From contig OZ252299.1 of assembly GCA_965250285.1 (NCBI GenBank), forward strand, positions 4,960,001 to 5,024,000: a stretch of DNA of 64,000 nucleotides, given 5' to 3'. The position numbers and the translations under genes were made by a program. The DNA is from Myxococcota bacterium. Its GTDB lineage: Bacteria; Myxococcota_A; UBA9160; UBA4427. This document shows, piece by piece, positions 9,754 through 21,548 of the stretch. Below the pieces are notes generated by a model, which saw only the letters and a list, made by a program, of their open reading frames with translations, made no database searches and was not told the origin of the DNA. The first letter of the stretch is position 1, and each line of letters opens with the position of its first letter.

Positions 9754-10896
9754 ATGGATTTCTCTCTCGACGACGACCTGCTCGTCCTCCAGCAAACCGC
9801 CCGTCGCTTCGCCGACGAAGAGGTGATCCCGATCGCCGCCGAGCACGACCGCACGGGCGAGTTCCCGCGCAAGGTCATCGAGAAGGCGTGGGAGCTCGGT
9901 CTCGCGAGCACGTGTATCCCCGAGCAATTCGGCGGCGTCGACCTGTCGATCCAGGGCAGCTGCGTCGTGGTCGAGGAGATCTCGCGTGGCTGTGCCGGCA
10001 TCGCGACCTCGGTCATGTGCAACGACCTCGGGCTCACGCCGATTCTCGTCGGCGGCAGCGAGGCCCAGCAGGAGCGCTGGCTCGCGCCGTGCGCCGAAGA
10101 GTTCAAGCTCGTTTCGTTCTGCCTGAGCGAGCCTGCCGCCGGTTCGGACGTCGCCGGTCTGCAGCTGCACGCGGAGAAGCAGGGCGATGAATACGTTCTG
10201 AATGGCACGAAAGCGTGGATCACGAACGGGGGCGAGGCCGACCTCTTCACCGTGTTCGCAACGCTCGATCGTTCGAGTCGGCACAAGGGCATCTGCGCAT
10301 TCGCGATCGAGCGCGGGACCCCGGGGCTCGAGCCCGGCAAGAAAGAGGACAAGCTCGGGCAGCGCGCGAGCGACACGCGCGTGATCCACTTCGACGATGT
10401 CCGTGTCAAGGCGGACCAGCGACTGGGAGAAGAAGGCGAGGGCTTCAAGATCGCCATGCAGACCCTCGATCGCAGTCGCCCCATGATCGGCGCGCTCGCG
10501 GTTGGGATCGCTCGCCGCGCGCTCGAGGAGAGCGTCGGTTACGTCGGCGAGCGCAAGGCATTCGGCCAGCCGATCGGCGACTTCCAGGGCATTCAGTTCA
10601 TGCTCGCCGACATGGACAAGGACATCGAGGCGAGCCGCCTGCTCACGATGCAGAGCGCGTGGATGGTCGACCAGGGGCTGCACGCGTCGCGCCAGAGCTC
10701 GATCGCCAAGTGCTTCGCGACCGACGCGGCCATGAAGGCGACCGTCGATGCCGTGCAGGTCTTCGGCGGGAACGGCTACACCCGCGAGTACCCGGTCGAG
10801 AAGCTGATGCGCGACGCCAAGCTGATGCAAATCTACGAGGGCACGAACCAGATCCAGCGCGTCGTGATCGCTCGCGAGCTGCTCGCCGGCAACTAG
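9754..10896 (+). CDS. acyl-CoA dehydrogenase (short-chain/butyryl-CoA type)
   Basis: [47 protein letters not shown] (catalytic Glu). Confidence 0.95.
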   Translation: MDFSLDDDLLVLQQTARRFADEEVIPIAAEHDRTGEFPRKVIEKAWELGLASTCIPEQFGGVDLSIQGSCVVVEEISRGCAGIATSVMCNDLGLTPILVGGSEAQQERWLAPCAEEFKLVSFCLSEPAAGSDVAGLQLHAEKQGDEYVLNGTKAWITNGGEADLFTVFATLDRSSRHKGICAFAIERGTPGLEPGKKEDKLGQRASDTRVIHFDDVRVKADQRLGEEGEGFKIAMQTLDRSRPMIGALAVGIARRALEESVGYVGERKAFGQPIGDFQGIQFMLADMDKDIEASRLLTMQSAWMVDQGLHASRQSSIAKCFATDAAMKATVDAVQVFGGNGYTREYPVEKLMRDAKLMQIYEGTNQIQRVVIARELLAGN

Positions 10897-11262
10897 CCGG
10901 GCCCAGCCGGCGTCCTCGCACGGGAATCCGGAGACCGGGCCCCGCTGGCGGTGCCGGGGCCGTCGACGGGCGCAGGGCCGGCCGAGTCACCCGGCCCGGC
11001 CGCAGCGAGCGCGCGCTCGGCGGCGGCGGTGCGGATTCCCAGGCCCCGGATGCGGCATCACGCGTGCATCGTGCACACCCGGGCGTTAGAATTTTCGAAC
11101 GACCCGGGCGGCCCCTGGCCCCCCGGGTCGGGGCTTCTTCGGAGCCGACCCGGCGCGGCGCCGCGGCGGCTACCCAGAGCGCCCAAGCGACCCCCCGCGC
11201 ATCCCCGACGCGAGTGACATCCGGGACAAGTGCTTCGAGCGGGCGGGTCAGAGGATGGTCCA

Positions 11263-12549
11263 GTGAGTCTCAAGAAAGACGCCCTCGCGTATCACTCGGA
11301 GGGACGTCCCGGCAAGCTCAAGGTCGTTCCAACGAAGCCAACCGTCACGGCGGATGACCTCTCCCTCGCCTACACGCCCGGCGTCGCCGCGCCCTGCCTC
11401 GAGATCGAGAAGGACGAAGACCGCGCCTACAGCTACACCGCGAAGGGCAACCTCGTGGCGGTGATCACGAACGGCACCGCGGTGCTCGGTCTCGGCAACA
11501 TCGGCGCGCTCGCCGGCAAGCCCGTGATGGAGGGCAAGGGCGTCCTCTTCAAGCGCTTCGCCGACATCGACGTGTTCGACATCGAGATCGACTCGACCGA
11601 CCCCGAAGAGGTGATCCGCACCTGTGAGCTGATCGGCGGCACCTTTGGTGGGATCAATCTCGAAGACATTCGTGCGCCCGAGTGCTTCGAGATCGAGACG
11701 CGGCTGCAGGAGTCGCTCGACATTCCGGTCTTTCACGACGACCAGCACGGCACGGCGATCATCTCGGCCGCCGCCCTGCTGAATGCGCTCGAGATCGGTG
11801 GCAAGCAGATCGGAGACATCCGCGTGGTGGTGTCGGGCGCCGGCGCTGCATCGATCGCGTGCATGAAGCTCTACAAGAGCCTCGGTGTGCGCGGCGAGAA
11901 CATCCTCATGACCGACAGCCGGGGCGTGATCTACAAGGGCCGCGGCGAGGGTATGAACGAGTTCAAGGAAGAGTTTGCGGCCGAGACCGATGCGCGCACG
12001 CTGGCCGACGCGATGGTCGGCAGCGACGTGTTCGTCGGGCTTTCGCAGGCCGGCATCGTGACCCAGGACATGGTCAAGTCGATGGCCGACCGCCCCATCA
12101 TCTTCGCCATGGCCAACCCCGACCCCGAGATCACGCCCGACGAGGTCAAGGCGGCGCGCAGCGACGCCATCGTCGCCACGGGGCGCTCGGACTTCCCGAA
12201 CCAGGTCAACAACGTGCTCGGGTTCCCCTTCATCTTCCGCGGCGCGCTCGACGTACGGGCGAAGGCGATCAACGAAGAGATGAAGCTCGCTGCCGTGCAC
12301 GCCCTGGCCGAGCTCGCCCAGCGGGGCGAGCCGGTGCCCGACGTCGTGCGGCGCGCGTATCCCGAAGAGGCGTTCGACTTCGGGCCCGACTACATCATCC
12401 CCAAGCCCTTCGATTCGCGCGTGCTGCTCTATGTCGCGCCGGCCGTGGCCCAGGCGGCGATGGATACCGGCGTCGCGCGCAAGACGGTCGACCTGCGCGA
12501 ATACGAGAAGACGCTGCAGCAGAAGGTCGCGGAGATCGCCGCGCTCTAG
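11263..12549 (+). CDS. malic enzyme (MaeB-like ME domain, no PTA domain)
   Basis: [55 protein letters not shown] start with GAGG RBS. Confidence 0.93.
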   Translation: MSLKKDALAYHSEGRPGKLKVVPTKPTVTADDLSLAYTPGVAAPCLEIEKDEDRAYSYTAKGNLVAVITNGTAVLGLGNIGALAGKPVMEGKGVLFKRFADIDVFDIEIDSTDPEEVIRTCELIGGTFGGINLEDIRAPECFEIETRLQESLDIPVFHDDQHGTAIISAAALLNALEIGGKQIGDIRVVVSGAGAASIACMKLYKSLGVRGENILMTDSRGVIYKGRGEGMNEFKEEFAAETDARTLADAMVGSDVFVGLSQAGIVTQDMVKSMADRPIIFAMANPDPEITPDEVKAARSDAIVATGRSDFPNQVNNVLGFPFIFRGALDVRAKAINEEMKLAAVHALAELAQRGEPVPDVVRRAYPEEAFDFGPDYIIPKPFDSRVLLYVAPAVAQAAMDTGVARKTVDLREYEKTLQQKVAEIAAL

Positions 12550-12569
12550 CGCTGCGGCGTCGGCTGCCC

Positions 12570-14240
<1,671 letters not shown>

Positions 14241-14285
14241 GCTTCGGGCGCGATGCGCCGGTGCTCGATGAGAGGGAGGGGCCGC

Positions 14286-15500
14286 ATGAAGCGGATCATC
14301 GCCGGTGTCGTCGTGGGCGGCCTCGTCGTCGCCGCTGCGATCGCCTTCTTCTATCAGCGCGAGGCCCAGCGGCTCTCCTTCGCCGCCTCGCTCTTCTCGG
14401 GCGCCGAGCAGTACGAGCGCTTCGATCGTCTCGACCAGTACTTTCCGACGGTCGACGTGGCTGCGCCTGTCGAGCCCACTGCGTTCCCCACCGGGCCGCT
14501 GATTTCGATGCCGGCGACGTTCGAGTACCTGGGCGAGACGGTCGACACCGAGGTGTTCCTCGAAGAGACCGATACGAGCGCGCTGCTCGTGCTGCAGGAC
14601 GGTGCGCTGCGCTACGAGCGCTACATGCTCACGGGCGGCCCCGATGTGCGCTGGCTCTCGATGTCGGTCGCCAAGAGCTTCGTCTCGGCCGCGCTGGGCA
14701 TCGCGGTCGCCGAAGGCCACATCGAGCGCATCGAAGACCCGGTCACGAAGTACGTGCCCTCACTCGCGGGCTCGGCCTACGACGGTGTGTCGATCAAGGA
14801 CGTTCTGCAGATGTCGTCCGGTGCGAGCTGGAACGAGGACTACAGCGATCCCGAATCGGACATCAACCGCATCGGCCGCGTCCTCGCCGTGGGCGGATCG
14901 CTCGAATCGCTCGCAGCGACGATGGAGCCCGACCTCGAGCCCGGCACGTTCAACCGGTACAACTCGATGGATACGACGGTCCTGACCCTGGTGCTCGTGC
15001 GAGCGACCGGGCGGACCGTCGCGGATTTCATGGAAGAGAAGCTCTGGCGGCCGATCGGCGCAGAGTCGCCGGCGTTCTGGCTGATCGACAGCGACGGGGT
15101 CGAGATGGGCTTCTTCGGTCTCAACGCCACGGCCCGTGACTACGCGAAGTTCGGCGAGCTCTACCGGCGCGGGGGTGACTGGTTTGGCGCGCAGCTCGTT
15201 CCGGCCGACTGGGTCACGGCGTCGGTCACCCCCGACGCGCCGCACCTGATGCCCGGGGACCACCCCTTCAGCGACTATCCCATGGGCTACGGCTATCAGT
15301 GGTGGGTGATGGACGGCGACGAAGGCGAGTACTCGGCGATCGGGGTGTACAACCAGTTCATCTACGTGAATCCCGCGAAGCGTCTGGTGATCGTCAAGCT
15401 GTCGGCGAACAGCGACTACGGCACGACGGCCGACGAGTCGAGCTACCGCGAGTTCGAGACGCTCGAGTTCTTTCGGGCGGTCGGCGACGCAGCCGGCTGA
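14286..15500 (+). CDS. serine hydrolase, beta-lactamase class C / NylB-like family, N-terminal signal or anchor
   Basis: SMSVAKS (SxxK), LQMSSG, FNRYNS (YxS), RDYAKFG, GYGYQWW; hydrophobic N-terminus. Confidence 0.88.
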   Translation: MKRIIAGVVVGGLVVAAAIAFFYQREAQRLSFAASLFSGAEQYERFDRLDQYFPTVDVAAPVEPTAFPTGPLISMPATFEYLGETVDTEVFLEETDTSALLVLQDGALRYERYMLTGGPDVRWLSMSVAKSFVSAALGIAVAEGHIERIEDPVTKYVPSLAGSAYDGVSIKDVLQMSSGASWNEDYSDPESDINRIGRVLAVGGSLESLAATMEPDLEPGTFNRYNSMDTTVLTLVLVRATGRTVADFMEEKLWRPIGAESPAFWLIDSDGVEMGFFGLNATARDYAKFGELYRRGGDWFGAQLVPADWVTASVTPDAPHLMPGDHPFSDYPMGYGYQWWVMDGDEGEYSAIGVYNQFIYVNPAKRLVIVKLSANSDYGTTADESSYREFETLEFFRAVGDAAG

Positions 15501-15565
15501 GCGTTTCGCGAACACCCTGGACGCGCGCGACGACCTCGGTGCAGAATCGAAGGGGAGGTCATCCC

Positions 15566-16360
15566 ATGCCGCAGATTCCGATCCGCAAAGCGACAGACGA
15601 CGCCGATGAGCTCTACGCGGCGCTCGACGAAGCGGGTTGCCTCGTGGTGACCGGTGCCTTCGACGCCGCCGCGGGCGCGCGCGTGCGCGCCGAGCTCGAG
15701 CCACACATGCCCGAGCCCGGCGGCGCGACCGATCTCGACGACCCCGATTCCTTCTATCCGGGCAAGACGCGGCGGACGACGGCGCTCGTCGCGCGTTCGG
15801 AGCAGGTGCGCGAGCTCGTCGTGCATCCCGTCGCGAGGTCGCTCTGCGACCGACACCTGTTGCCCGGTTGCGAGCAGTATCGGCTGCACGTCACCGCCGG
15901 GCTCGAGGTCGGGCCGGGCGCGCGCAAGCAGATCCTCCACCGCGAGGAAGATCCGTTCTCGTTCTTTCCCATGCCGCGACCGAAGCTGATCCTCGCGACG
16001 ATGTGGGCGATCTCCGACTTCACCGCGGCCAACGGTGGCACGCAGCTGGTGCCGGGCAGCCACCGATGGGAGGCCGGCCGCGAAGCCGAGCCCGACGAGA
16101 TCGTGCAGGCCGAGATGCCCGCCGGGTCGGTGCTGTTCTGGGTCGGGGGGCTGCTGCACGGGGCCGGGGCGAACGTCTCGGAAGACTGGCGCTACGGCGT
16201 GATCCTGACGTACTCGCTGGGCTGGCTGCGGCAGGAGGAGAACCAGGCGCTCGACGTGCCGGCCGAGGTGGCGGCGACCCTCACGCCCGAGCTGCAGGCG
16301 CTCACCAGTCGCACGATGTGCGGCTCGCTCGGCTTCTTCGATCCACGGATGCAGAGCTAG
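15566..16360 (+). CDS. phytanoyl-CoA dioxygenase family (Fe(II)/2OG) protein
   Basis: QILHREE (HxE), DFTAANGGT..VPGSH, LLHGAGAN, LGWLRQEEN; GGAGG RBS. Confidence 0.9.
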   Translation: MPQIPIRKATDDADELYAALDEAGCLVVTGAFDAAAGARVRAELEPHMPEPGGATDLDDPDSFYPGKTRRTTALVARSEQVRELVVHPVARSLCDRHLLPGCEQYRLHVTAGLEVGPGARKQILHREEDPFSFFPMPRPKLILATMWAISDFTAANGGTQLVPGSHRWEAGREAEPDEIVQAEMPAGSVLFWVGGLLHGAGANVSEDWRYGVILTYSLGWLRQEENQALDVPAEVAATLTPELQALTSRTMCGSLGFFDPRMQS

Positions 16361-16372
16361 GGCGGCTGGGCG

Positions 16373-17152
16373 TCAGCTCGTGGCCGCCTCGTTCGTCTCT
16401 TCCGTTTCTTCGGCCTCGCGCTTCGCACGCCGTCGCGCCGGGTCGAAGAGCCAGGCGACCCCGACGCCGAGCAGATAGAGCACGATCATGGGCAGGCCGA
16501 GCAGCACCTGACTCACGACGTCGGGTGGCGTGAGGATCGCGGCGGTCACGAAGATGATCAGCACCGCGTAGGGCGTGGCCTTGAGCAGCTGCGGCGCGCT
16601 CACGATGCCCGAGATCGAAAGGAAGAACACGAAGAGCGGCAGCTCGAACGCGATGCCGAACGCGAGGAAGAGCCGCGTCGTCAGCTTGAAGACCTCGGAC
16701 ATCGTCCACGCCGAGGCGACGAACTCGTTCGAGAAGCTGTCGAAGAACTGGAACACCAGCGGGAAGACCTGGGTGTATCCGAAGGTCGCTCCGCCCGCGA
16801 AGAGCACGGTCGAGAACAGCACGAACGGGATCACGAACTTCTTCTCGTTCGCGTAGAGCCCTGGGGCGACGAACGACCAGATCTGCCAGAAGATGATGGG
16901 CAGATCGAGGATGAAGCCGGCGAGCAGCGCGCTCTTGAGGTAGGTGAAGAAGATCTCGCCGGGCGCGATGGCCTGGAGCGATCCGCCTTCGAGCGCGAGC
17001 GCATCGACCGCCGGCGCGAGCAGGAAACCGAAGATCTGCTCGGCGAAGGCGAACGACGCGATCGCGCACACGACCCACGTACCGAGAATCACCGCAATGC
17101 ACTTGCGCAGATCGGCGAGATGCTCGGTGACCGGCGCCTCGTGCTCTTCCAT
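16373..17152 (-). CDS. tatC: twin-arginine translocase subunit TatC
   Basis: EHLADLR, QIWSFVAPGLY, GIAFELP, AAILTPPD. Confidence 0.96.
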   Translation of the reverse strand: MEEHEAPVTEHLADLRKCIAVILGTWVVCAIASFAFAEQIFGFLLAPAVDALALEGGSLQAIAPGEIFFTYLKSALLAGFILDLPIIFWQIWSFVAPGLYANEKKFVIPFVLFSTVLFAGGATFGYTQVFPLVFQFFDSFSNEFVASAWTMSEVFKLTTRLFLAFGIAFELPLFVFFLSISGIVSAPQLLKATPYAVLIIFVTAAILTPPDVVSQVLLGLPMIVLYLLGVGVAWLFDPARRRAKREAEETEETNEAATS

Positions 17153-17605
17153 TCAGTCGTCGCGCCCGCTGCGCGCGGGATCCTTCGCCGGGTCGTCGGC
17201 GTCGCCCGTGTCTGCGGTGGATGAAGCGCCCGTGGCCGACGAAGCACCGGCGGTCTCTTCCGTCTCTTCGCGGTGCAGCTCGTCGTTCGATTCATCGGCG
17301 AGTTCGGCCATCACCGCGGCCTCGGCGGCGGGGTCGGGGCCGCCGATCGTCTGCGCGGGGGCGGGCTGGTAGTCGCGATCGCCGAGCAGATCGCGCTCGT
17401 CCTCGTCGGTCTTCGGTCGCGGCGGCGGCGGGCGGTTCGCGTCGGGCTCCATCGAGAGTGCCCCACGCAGGTCAGCTGAGGCGCGCCTGAACTCGGCCAT
17501 CCCTTTGCCGAGGGTGCGCGCGAGCTCGGGCAGGCGCTTCGGCCCGAACACGAGCAGCGCGATCACGGCGAGGAACGCCATCTCCTGAAAGCCGATCCCG
17601 AACAT
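17153..17605 (-). CDS. tatB: twin-arginine translocase subunit TatB
   Basis: MFGIGFQE..LLVFGPKRLPELARTLGK followed by a long acidic tail; immediately upstream of tatC. Confidence 0.85.
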   Translation of the reverse strand: MFGIGFQEMAFLAVIALLVFGPKRLPELARTLGKGMAEFRRASADLRGALSMEPDANRPPPPRPKTDEDERDLLGDRDYQPAPAQTIGGPDPAAEAAVMAELADESNDELHREETEETAGASSATGASSTADTGDADDPAKDPARSGRDD

Positions 17606-17808
17606 CGCATGAAATCTAGCAGGGTGGTCGGCGCGACCGGCCACATCGGGTCGGCGGGCCACCCCACAATCAGGGCGGAAGACAGGACGAGACGCGAGGC
17701 GGGTGGGAGATGGGGACCGACCGACACCCCCCCGAATGATCGGCCGGCCCCACCCCTCCGAACGGATCGGGCGCGGGATCTCTCGGATCCCCACCCGACC
17801 GCGCTCTC

Positions 17809-18327
17809 TCACTCGACTCGCGTCTCGCCCCCAGGCACCGGTTCGCCGTGCGGCTCGGCGCCGGTGCGCACCTCGAGAAGCTCCAGACCGAGAGCGACGC
17901 GATCGCCGGCCTCGGGGTTGCACCATGCGACCCGGGCGATGGCCTCGAGCCGCGCTCGTCCGTCGACCTCGCGCACGGTGACGCGCAGCGAGGCGCCCAC
18001 GTCGTGGGTCTCACGGGCCAGCATGCACAGGCCGCCCCGAGATTCGTTCGCCGTGAAGCCGACGGCGCTGTGCTGGCTGGCGTCGCAGCGCGGGTACGGG
18101 CTGTACTCGACCATGCGCACGACCGGGCTTCGCTTCCACGCCCTTCGCGCCATCGAGCCACCCAGCTGGTCGACATCGGGGTCGAGGGCGAGGTCGAGCT
18201 CTTCGTAGGTCGATTGGCCGCGCATCAGCATCGAGTTCGGATCGCTCACCGAGTCATCTCCGTCGTTCGGCATGTCGCTCGTCATCGCTTCGAGAAAGGG
18301 AAGGTCGCGCTCGCGGACAGCGTTCAT
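17809..18327 (-). CDS. PilZ-domain protein (putative c-di-GMP receptor)
   Basis: RRAWKR (RxxxR) and NESRGG (D/NxSxxG) motifs, ARVAWC..LGLE barrel end; ATGA overlap with the HD-GYP gene. Start could be a downstream Met. Confidence 0.78.
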   Translation of the reverse strand: MNAVRERDLPFLEAMTSDMPNDGDDSVSDPNSMLMRGQSTYEELDLALDPDVDQLGGSMARRAWKRSPVVRMVEYSPYPRCDASQHSAVGFTANESRGGLCMLARETHDVGASLRVTVREVDGRARLEAIARVAWCNPEAGDRVALGLELLEVRTGAEPHGEPVPGGETRVE

Positions 18328-19589
18328 CGGTCGGTCTCGAGCCAGGCCGTGGCCTGGGCGATCGAGTCGATCGGGTCGTCGCCGGGCTCGAAGGGCATGT
18401 CGCCCAGCGGGCCGACCGCGCAGAGCCCGAGCTCGGCGAGCGAAACGAGCACCCGCACGATCTGCGGATCGAAGGCGCTGCCGGCCTGCTTGCGCAGCGT
18501 CTGGACGGCCTCGGCCGTCGACAGCGCCTTGCGATACGGGTGGGCGTGCGTGAGTCGGTCGAAGTCGTCGGCGACCGCGAGAATGCGCGAGAGCAGCGGG
18601 ATCGATTCGCCGCGCAGCTCGGGCGGCTGCCCTTCCCCGTCCCAGCGATCGTGATGATGAAGGATCGCTTCGCTGACCGATGGCGGATAGCCGAGCGGGG
18701 CCACGAGTCGGGCGCCGACCTCGTGATGATCGGCGGGGCGATCGATGCGCTCGATGCGCTCTTCGAGGGGCTCGCCCTCGATCTCCTCGACGCCGCCGAT
18801 GCGCCCGATGTCGTGCAGGAACGCCGCGACGCGAAGCTCTTCGCAGCGCGGCTCGGGCAGAGACATTCGCTGGGCGATCAGGTCGGCGAGATAGGCGACG
18901 CGGCGGGCGTGGCCCTGCTTGTGCGGCTCGCGGCTCTCGATGGTCTCGGCGAGCGAAGCCAGAAAGTCGTTCCGGCGCTCGCTGTCCTGGCCCTGCCGCA
19001 TGCCGTCGCCCGTCGGCGCGATGGCCTCCTGCACGCGCGCGCGCAGCTCGTAGTCGACGTCGAGGGCCGCGAGCGCCGTCTCGGGGTCGCGGTCGCGACC
19101 GAGCGCCTCGCCGATCCCCTGCAGGAAGGTCACGAGCTGGCTGCGCGAGCCGCGCCGTTCGATGGCTCGGCGCACCGTGCTCGCGACCTCGACCACGTCG
19201 AAGGGCTTGGTCAGATAGTCGAAGACGCCGTTGCGGATCCCGGCCACGGCGGTGTCGACCGACGCGAAGCCGGTGATGACGATGACCTCGATCTGGGGCC
19301 AGCGCTGGCGAACCATGCGCATCAGCTCGTCGCCCTTCATCCCGGGCATGTTGAGGTCGATCGTGACGACCTCGATGTCGGCCTCGCGCTCGAGGGTGCG
19401 CAGCGCCTCGCCGCCCGACTCGGCAGACAACACCTGGTACTGCGGTGAGAGGATCATGCGCAGCGACTCGCGGGGGCCCTTCTCGTCATCGACGACGAGC
19501 ACCGTGGACCGTTCCTGCTCGGGCGCGCTCCCCTCGAGCCGTGCCATGGCATCTTCGATTCGGCGGTTCAGGGAATGAAGCCTCGTCAT
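18324..19589 (-). CDS. response regulator with HD-GYP domain (RpfG-like)
   Basis: REC (VLVVDDE, IDLNMPG, YLTKPF) plus HD-GYP (GHARRV, LHDIG, HHDRWDGEGQP, RILAVADDFD, RKA, GSAFDP). Confidence 0.9.
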   Translation of the reverse strand: MTRLHSLNRRIEDAMARLEGSAPEQERSTVLVVDDEKGPRESLRMILSPQYQVLSAESGGEALRTLEREADIEVVTIDLNMPGMKGDELMRMVRQRWPQIEVIVITGFASVDTAVAGIRNGVFDYLTKPFDVVEVASTVRRAIERRGSRSQLVTFLQGIGEALGRDRDPETALAALDVDYELRARVQEAIAPTGDGMRQGQDSERRNDFLASLAETIESREPHKQGHARRVAYLADLIAQRMSLPEPRCEELRVAAFLHDIGRIGGVEEIEGEPLEERIERIDRPADHHEVGARLVAPLGYPPSVSEAILHHHDRWDGEGQPPELRGESIPLLSRILAVADDFDRLTHAHPYRKALSTAEAVQTLRKQAGSAFDPQIVRVLVSLAELGLCAVGPLGDMPFEPGDDPIDSIAQATAWLETDR

Positions 19590-19663
19590 GTGCGTTCTCC
19601 GTCTCGCGGCGTCCCGTCTCGGGGGACTCGATCGCTCGGGGGGCGGAATCGACCGCGTATAAG

Positions 19664-19680
19664 AGCAAGGGCCGTGCCCA
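19664..19680 (-). promoter_or_regulatory. sigma54 (-24/-12) promoter
   Basis: Minus strand reads TGGGCACGGCCCTTGCT (GG-N10-GC, with GGCACG and TTGC), 75 nt upstream of the HD-GYP start. Confidence 0.8.
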
Positions 19681-19707
19681 ACCTCACCGCGTGCGCAGAA
19701 ATGTCGA

Positions 19708-19720
19708 CAAGTGGTTGATT
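19708..19720 (-). promoter_or_regulatory. IHF binding site
   Basis: AATCAACCACTTG matches WATCAAN4TTR exactly, with an A/T tract upstream, between the sigma54 box and the palindromes. Confidence 0.7.
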
Positions 19721-19778
19721 TCGAAGGAATTTTGGCGCCGGCGGGCCGTGTCGCCGGGCGGCGGGGTCGGCCCGTCCG

Positions 19779-19893
19779 CCGTTCCGATCGGAACGGTGCG
19801 TCGGGGAACGTGGCCCAAGTCACCGGAAAGATTGGTGTTTCGGGGATCGTACCGATCGGAACATCGCGCCGGCGCGCATGTTCGGATCCGAAC
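19779..19893. promoter_or_regulatory. three related palindromes, candidate enhancer (UAS) sites
   Basis: GTTCCGATCGGAAC (19781-94, inside the perfect 18-mer 19779-96), GTACCGATCGGAAC (19849-62), GTTCGGATCCGAAC (19880-93). Confidence 0.6.
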
Positions 19894-19903
19894 GCGCAGG
19901 GAC

Positions 19904-21331
19904 TCAGTCGCCGGGCGGCGCCACCCCGAGCTTGTCCATCTTCAGCTTCAGCACCCGGCGCGTGAGGCCGAGCATCTCGGCGGCCCGGGTCTGGTTCCAG
20001 TCAGCCTGCTCGAGCGCCTCGCGCAGCATGGTCTCTTCGAAGCGCGCGACTGCGTCCTCGAAGCCGATCCGCCCCTGGCGCCAGTCTTCGCGCAGCGCCT
20101 CGTCGCTCCCGGCCCGGTGGATCGCCTCAGGAAGATGAGCCAGATCGATCGGGCCGCCTTCGCTCAGCGCAAGGCCGTGCTCGATTGCGTTCTCGAGCTC
20201 ACGGACATTGCCGGGCCAGGGGTACGACTCGAGCGCGGCGCGTGCCGGCCGTGAGAGTCGCGGTCGTTCGGGCGCGGCCTCTTCGGGCTTCGCGTCGCCG
20301 TCGGCCGCCCCGGTGTCGGCATGGGAATGGGCATGCGCGACGCCGCGCTCGATGAAGACGCCGGCGAGCAGGGCGATGTCTTCGCGCCGCTCGCGCAGCG
20401 GCGGCAGGCCCAGGGGCACGACGTTGATCCGATAGAAGAGATCCTCGCGAAAACGCCCCTCTTCGACCTCCTTCTTCAGGTCGCGGTGGGTCGCCGCGAT
20501 GACGCGCACGTCGACGGCGACCTCGTCGCTCGATCCGACGCGTTGGACGACGCGCTCCTGCAGCGCGCGCAGTAGCTTGACCTGCACGTCGGCCGGCAGC
20601 TCGCCGATCTCGTCGAGCAGCAGCGTGCCCCTGTGCGCCGCCTCGAAGCGGCCGATGCGGCGCTCATGGGCCCCGGTGAAGGCGCCGCGTTCGTGGCCGA
20701 AGAGCTCGCTCTCGACGAGATCGCGAGGGATCGCGCCGCAGTTGACCGCCACGAACGGGCCGTCGCCGCGGGGGGAGAGGCCGTGGATCGCCCGGGCAGC
20801 GAGCTCTTTGCCCGTGCCGCTCTCACCCGTCAGCAGCACCGTCGCGCGGGCCTTTGCGATTCGCTCGATGTCGTGGAAGACCGCGCGCATCGCGGGACTG
20901 CGGCCCACCATCTCGCCGAGTCGCTGGCGATCTTCGACCTCGTCCCGCAGACGGACGACTTCGGCCTCGAGGGCGCGATGTTCGAGCAGCTGGCGCACCT
21001 TGATGCGCAGGGCGTCGAGCTCGAAGGGCTTCGTGACGAAGTCGCGAGCCCCGAGCTTCATCGCCTCGACAGCGACGGCCACCGTGTTCGTGGCCGTGAG
21101 GACGACGACCGGGATCGGCAGCCCGCGCTCAGCCAGCTCGGCGAGCAGCTCGAGACCGTTTCGGCCCGGCATCATCACGTCGAGCAGCACGAGGTCGGGT
21201 GCCCTCTGCCCGATCGACTCGAGCGCGGCATCGACGCCGTCCGCCGTCTCGACCTCGCACTCGCTCTTGAGCAGCATGCGAAGCGACTCGCGGACAGCCG
21301 GTTCGTCGTCGACCACCAGAACGCGGGACAT
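19904..21331 (-). CDS. sigma54-dependent response regulator (NtrC/AtoC family, REC-AAA+-Fis HTH)
   Basis: LLDVMMPG, GESGTGKE, ESELFGHERGAFTGA, LLLDEIGE, WPGNVREL, NQTRAAEMLG. Confidence 0.96.
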   Translation of the reverse strand: MSRVLVVDDEPAVRESLRMLLKSECEVETADGVDAALESIGQRAPDLVLLDVMMPGRNGLELLAELAERGLPIPVVVLTATNTVAVAVEAMKLGARDFVTKPFELDALRIKVRQLLEHRALEAEVVRLRDEVEDRQRLGEMVGRSPAMRAVFHDIERIAKARATVLLTGESGTGKELAARAIHGLSPRGDGPFVAVNCGAIPRDLVESELFGHERGAFTGAHERRIGRFEAAHRGTLLLDEIGELPADVQVKLLRALQERVVQRVGSSDEVAVDVRVIAATHRDLKKEVEEGRFREDLFYRINVVPLGLPPLRERREDIALLAGVFIERGVAHAHSHADTGAADGDAKPEEAAPERPRLSRPARAALESYPWPGNVRELENAIEHGLALSEGGPIDLAHLPEAIHRAGSDEALREDWRQGRIGFEDAVARFEETMLREALEQADWNQTRAAEMLGLTRRVLKLKMDKLGVAPPGD

Positions 21332-21471
21332 CCACGGCAAGCTACCACAGGGCGTCGGCGCGACGAGCCGTGACGCGCGCGCGCCGGCTCGGCTCGTCGT
21401 GTTCGGCTTCGCTTTGTCGGTCGAACGGTCCGGTTCTCGGTCCGGCTCGCGGCGCGGGGGGCGCCGCGCGC

Positions 21472-21548
21472 TTCACGCGACGGGCGCCACGCGTTTCACG
21501 CTGCGGGCGCCACGCGTTTTCACGCTGCGGGCGCCACGCGTGTCACGC
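21472..21548. repeat. 23-24 bp tandem repeat, about 3.3 copies
   Basis: TTCACGC(GA/TG)CGGGCGCCACGCGT units; the last partial copy contains the stop codon of the upstream fusion gene. Confidence 0.85.

Noticed and set aside
11682..12569. 852-aa ORF as a long N-terminal extension of the biotin carboxylase
   Set aside because: The first 296 codons overlap the malic enzyme in another frame; homology begins at TTG 12570.
14286..15500. Antibiotic-resistance beta-lactamase
   Set aside because: Motifs fit the broad esterase/amidase (NylB-like) branch; no KTG motif seen and no mobile context.
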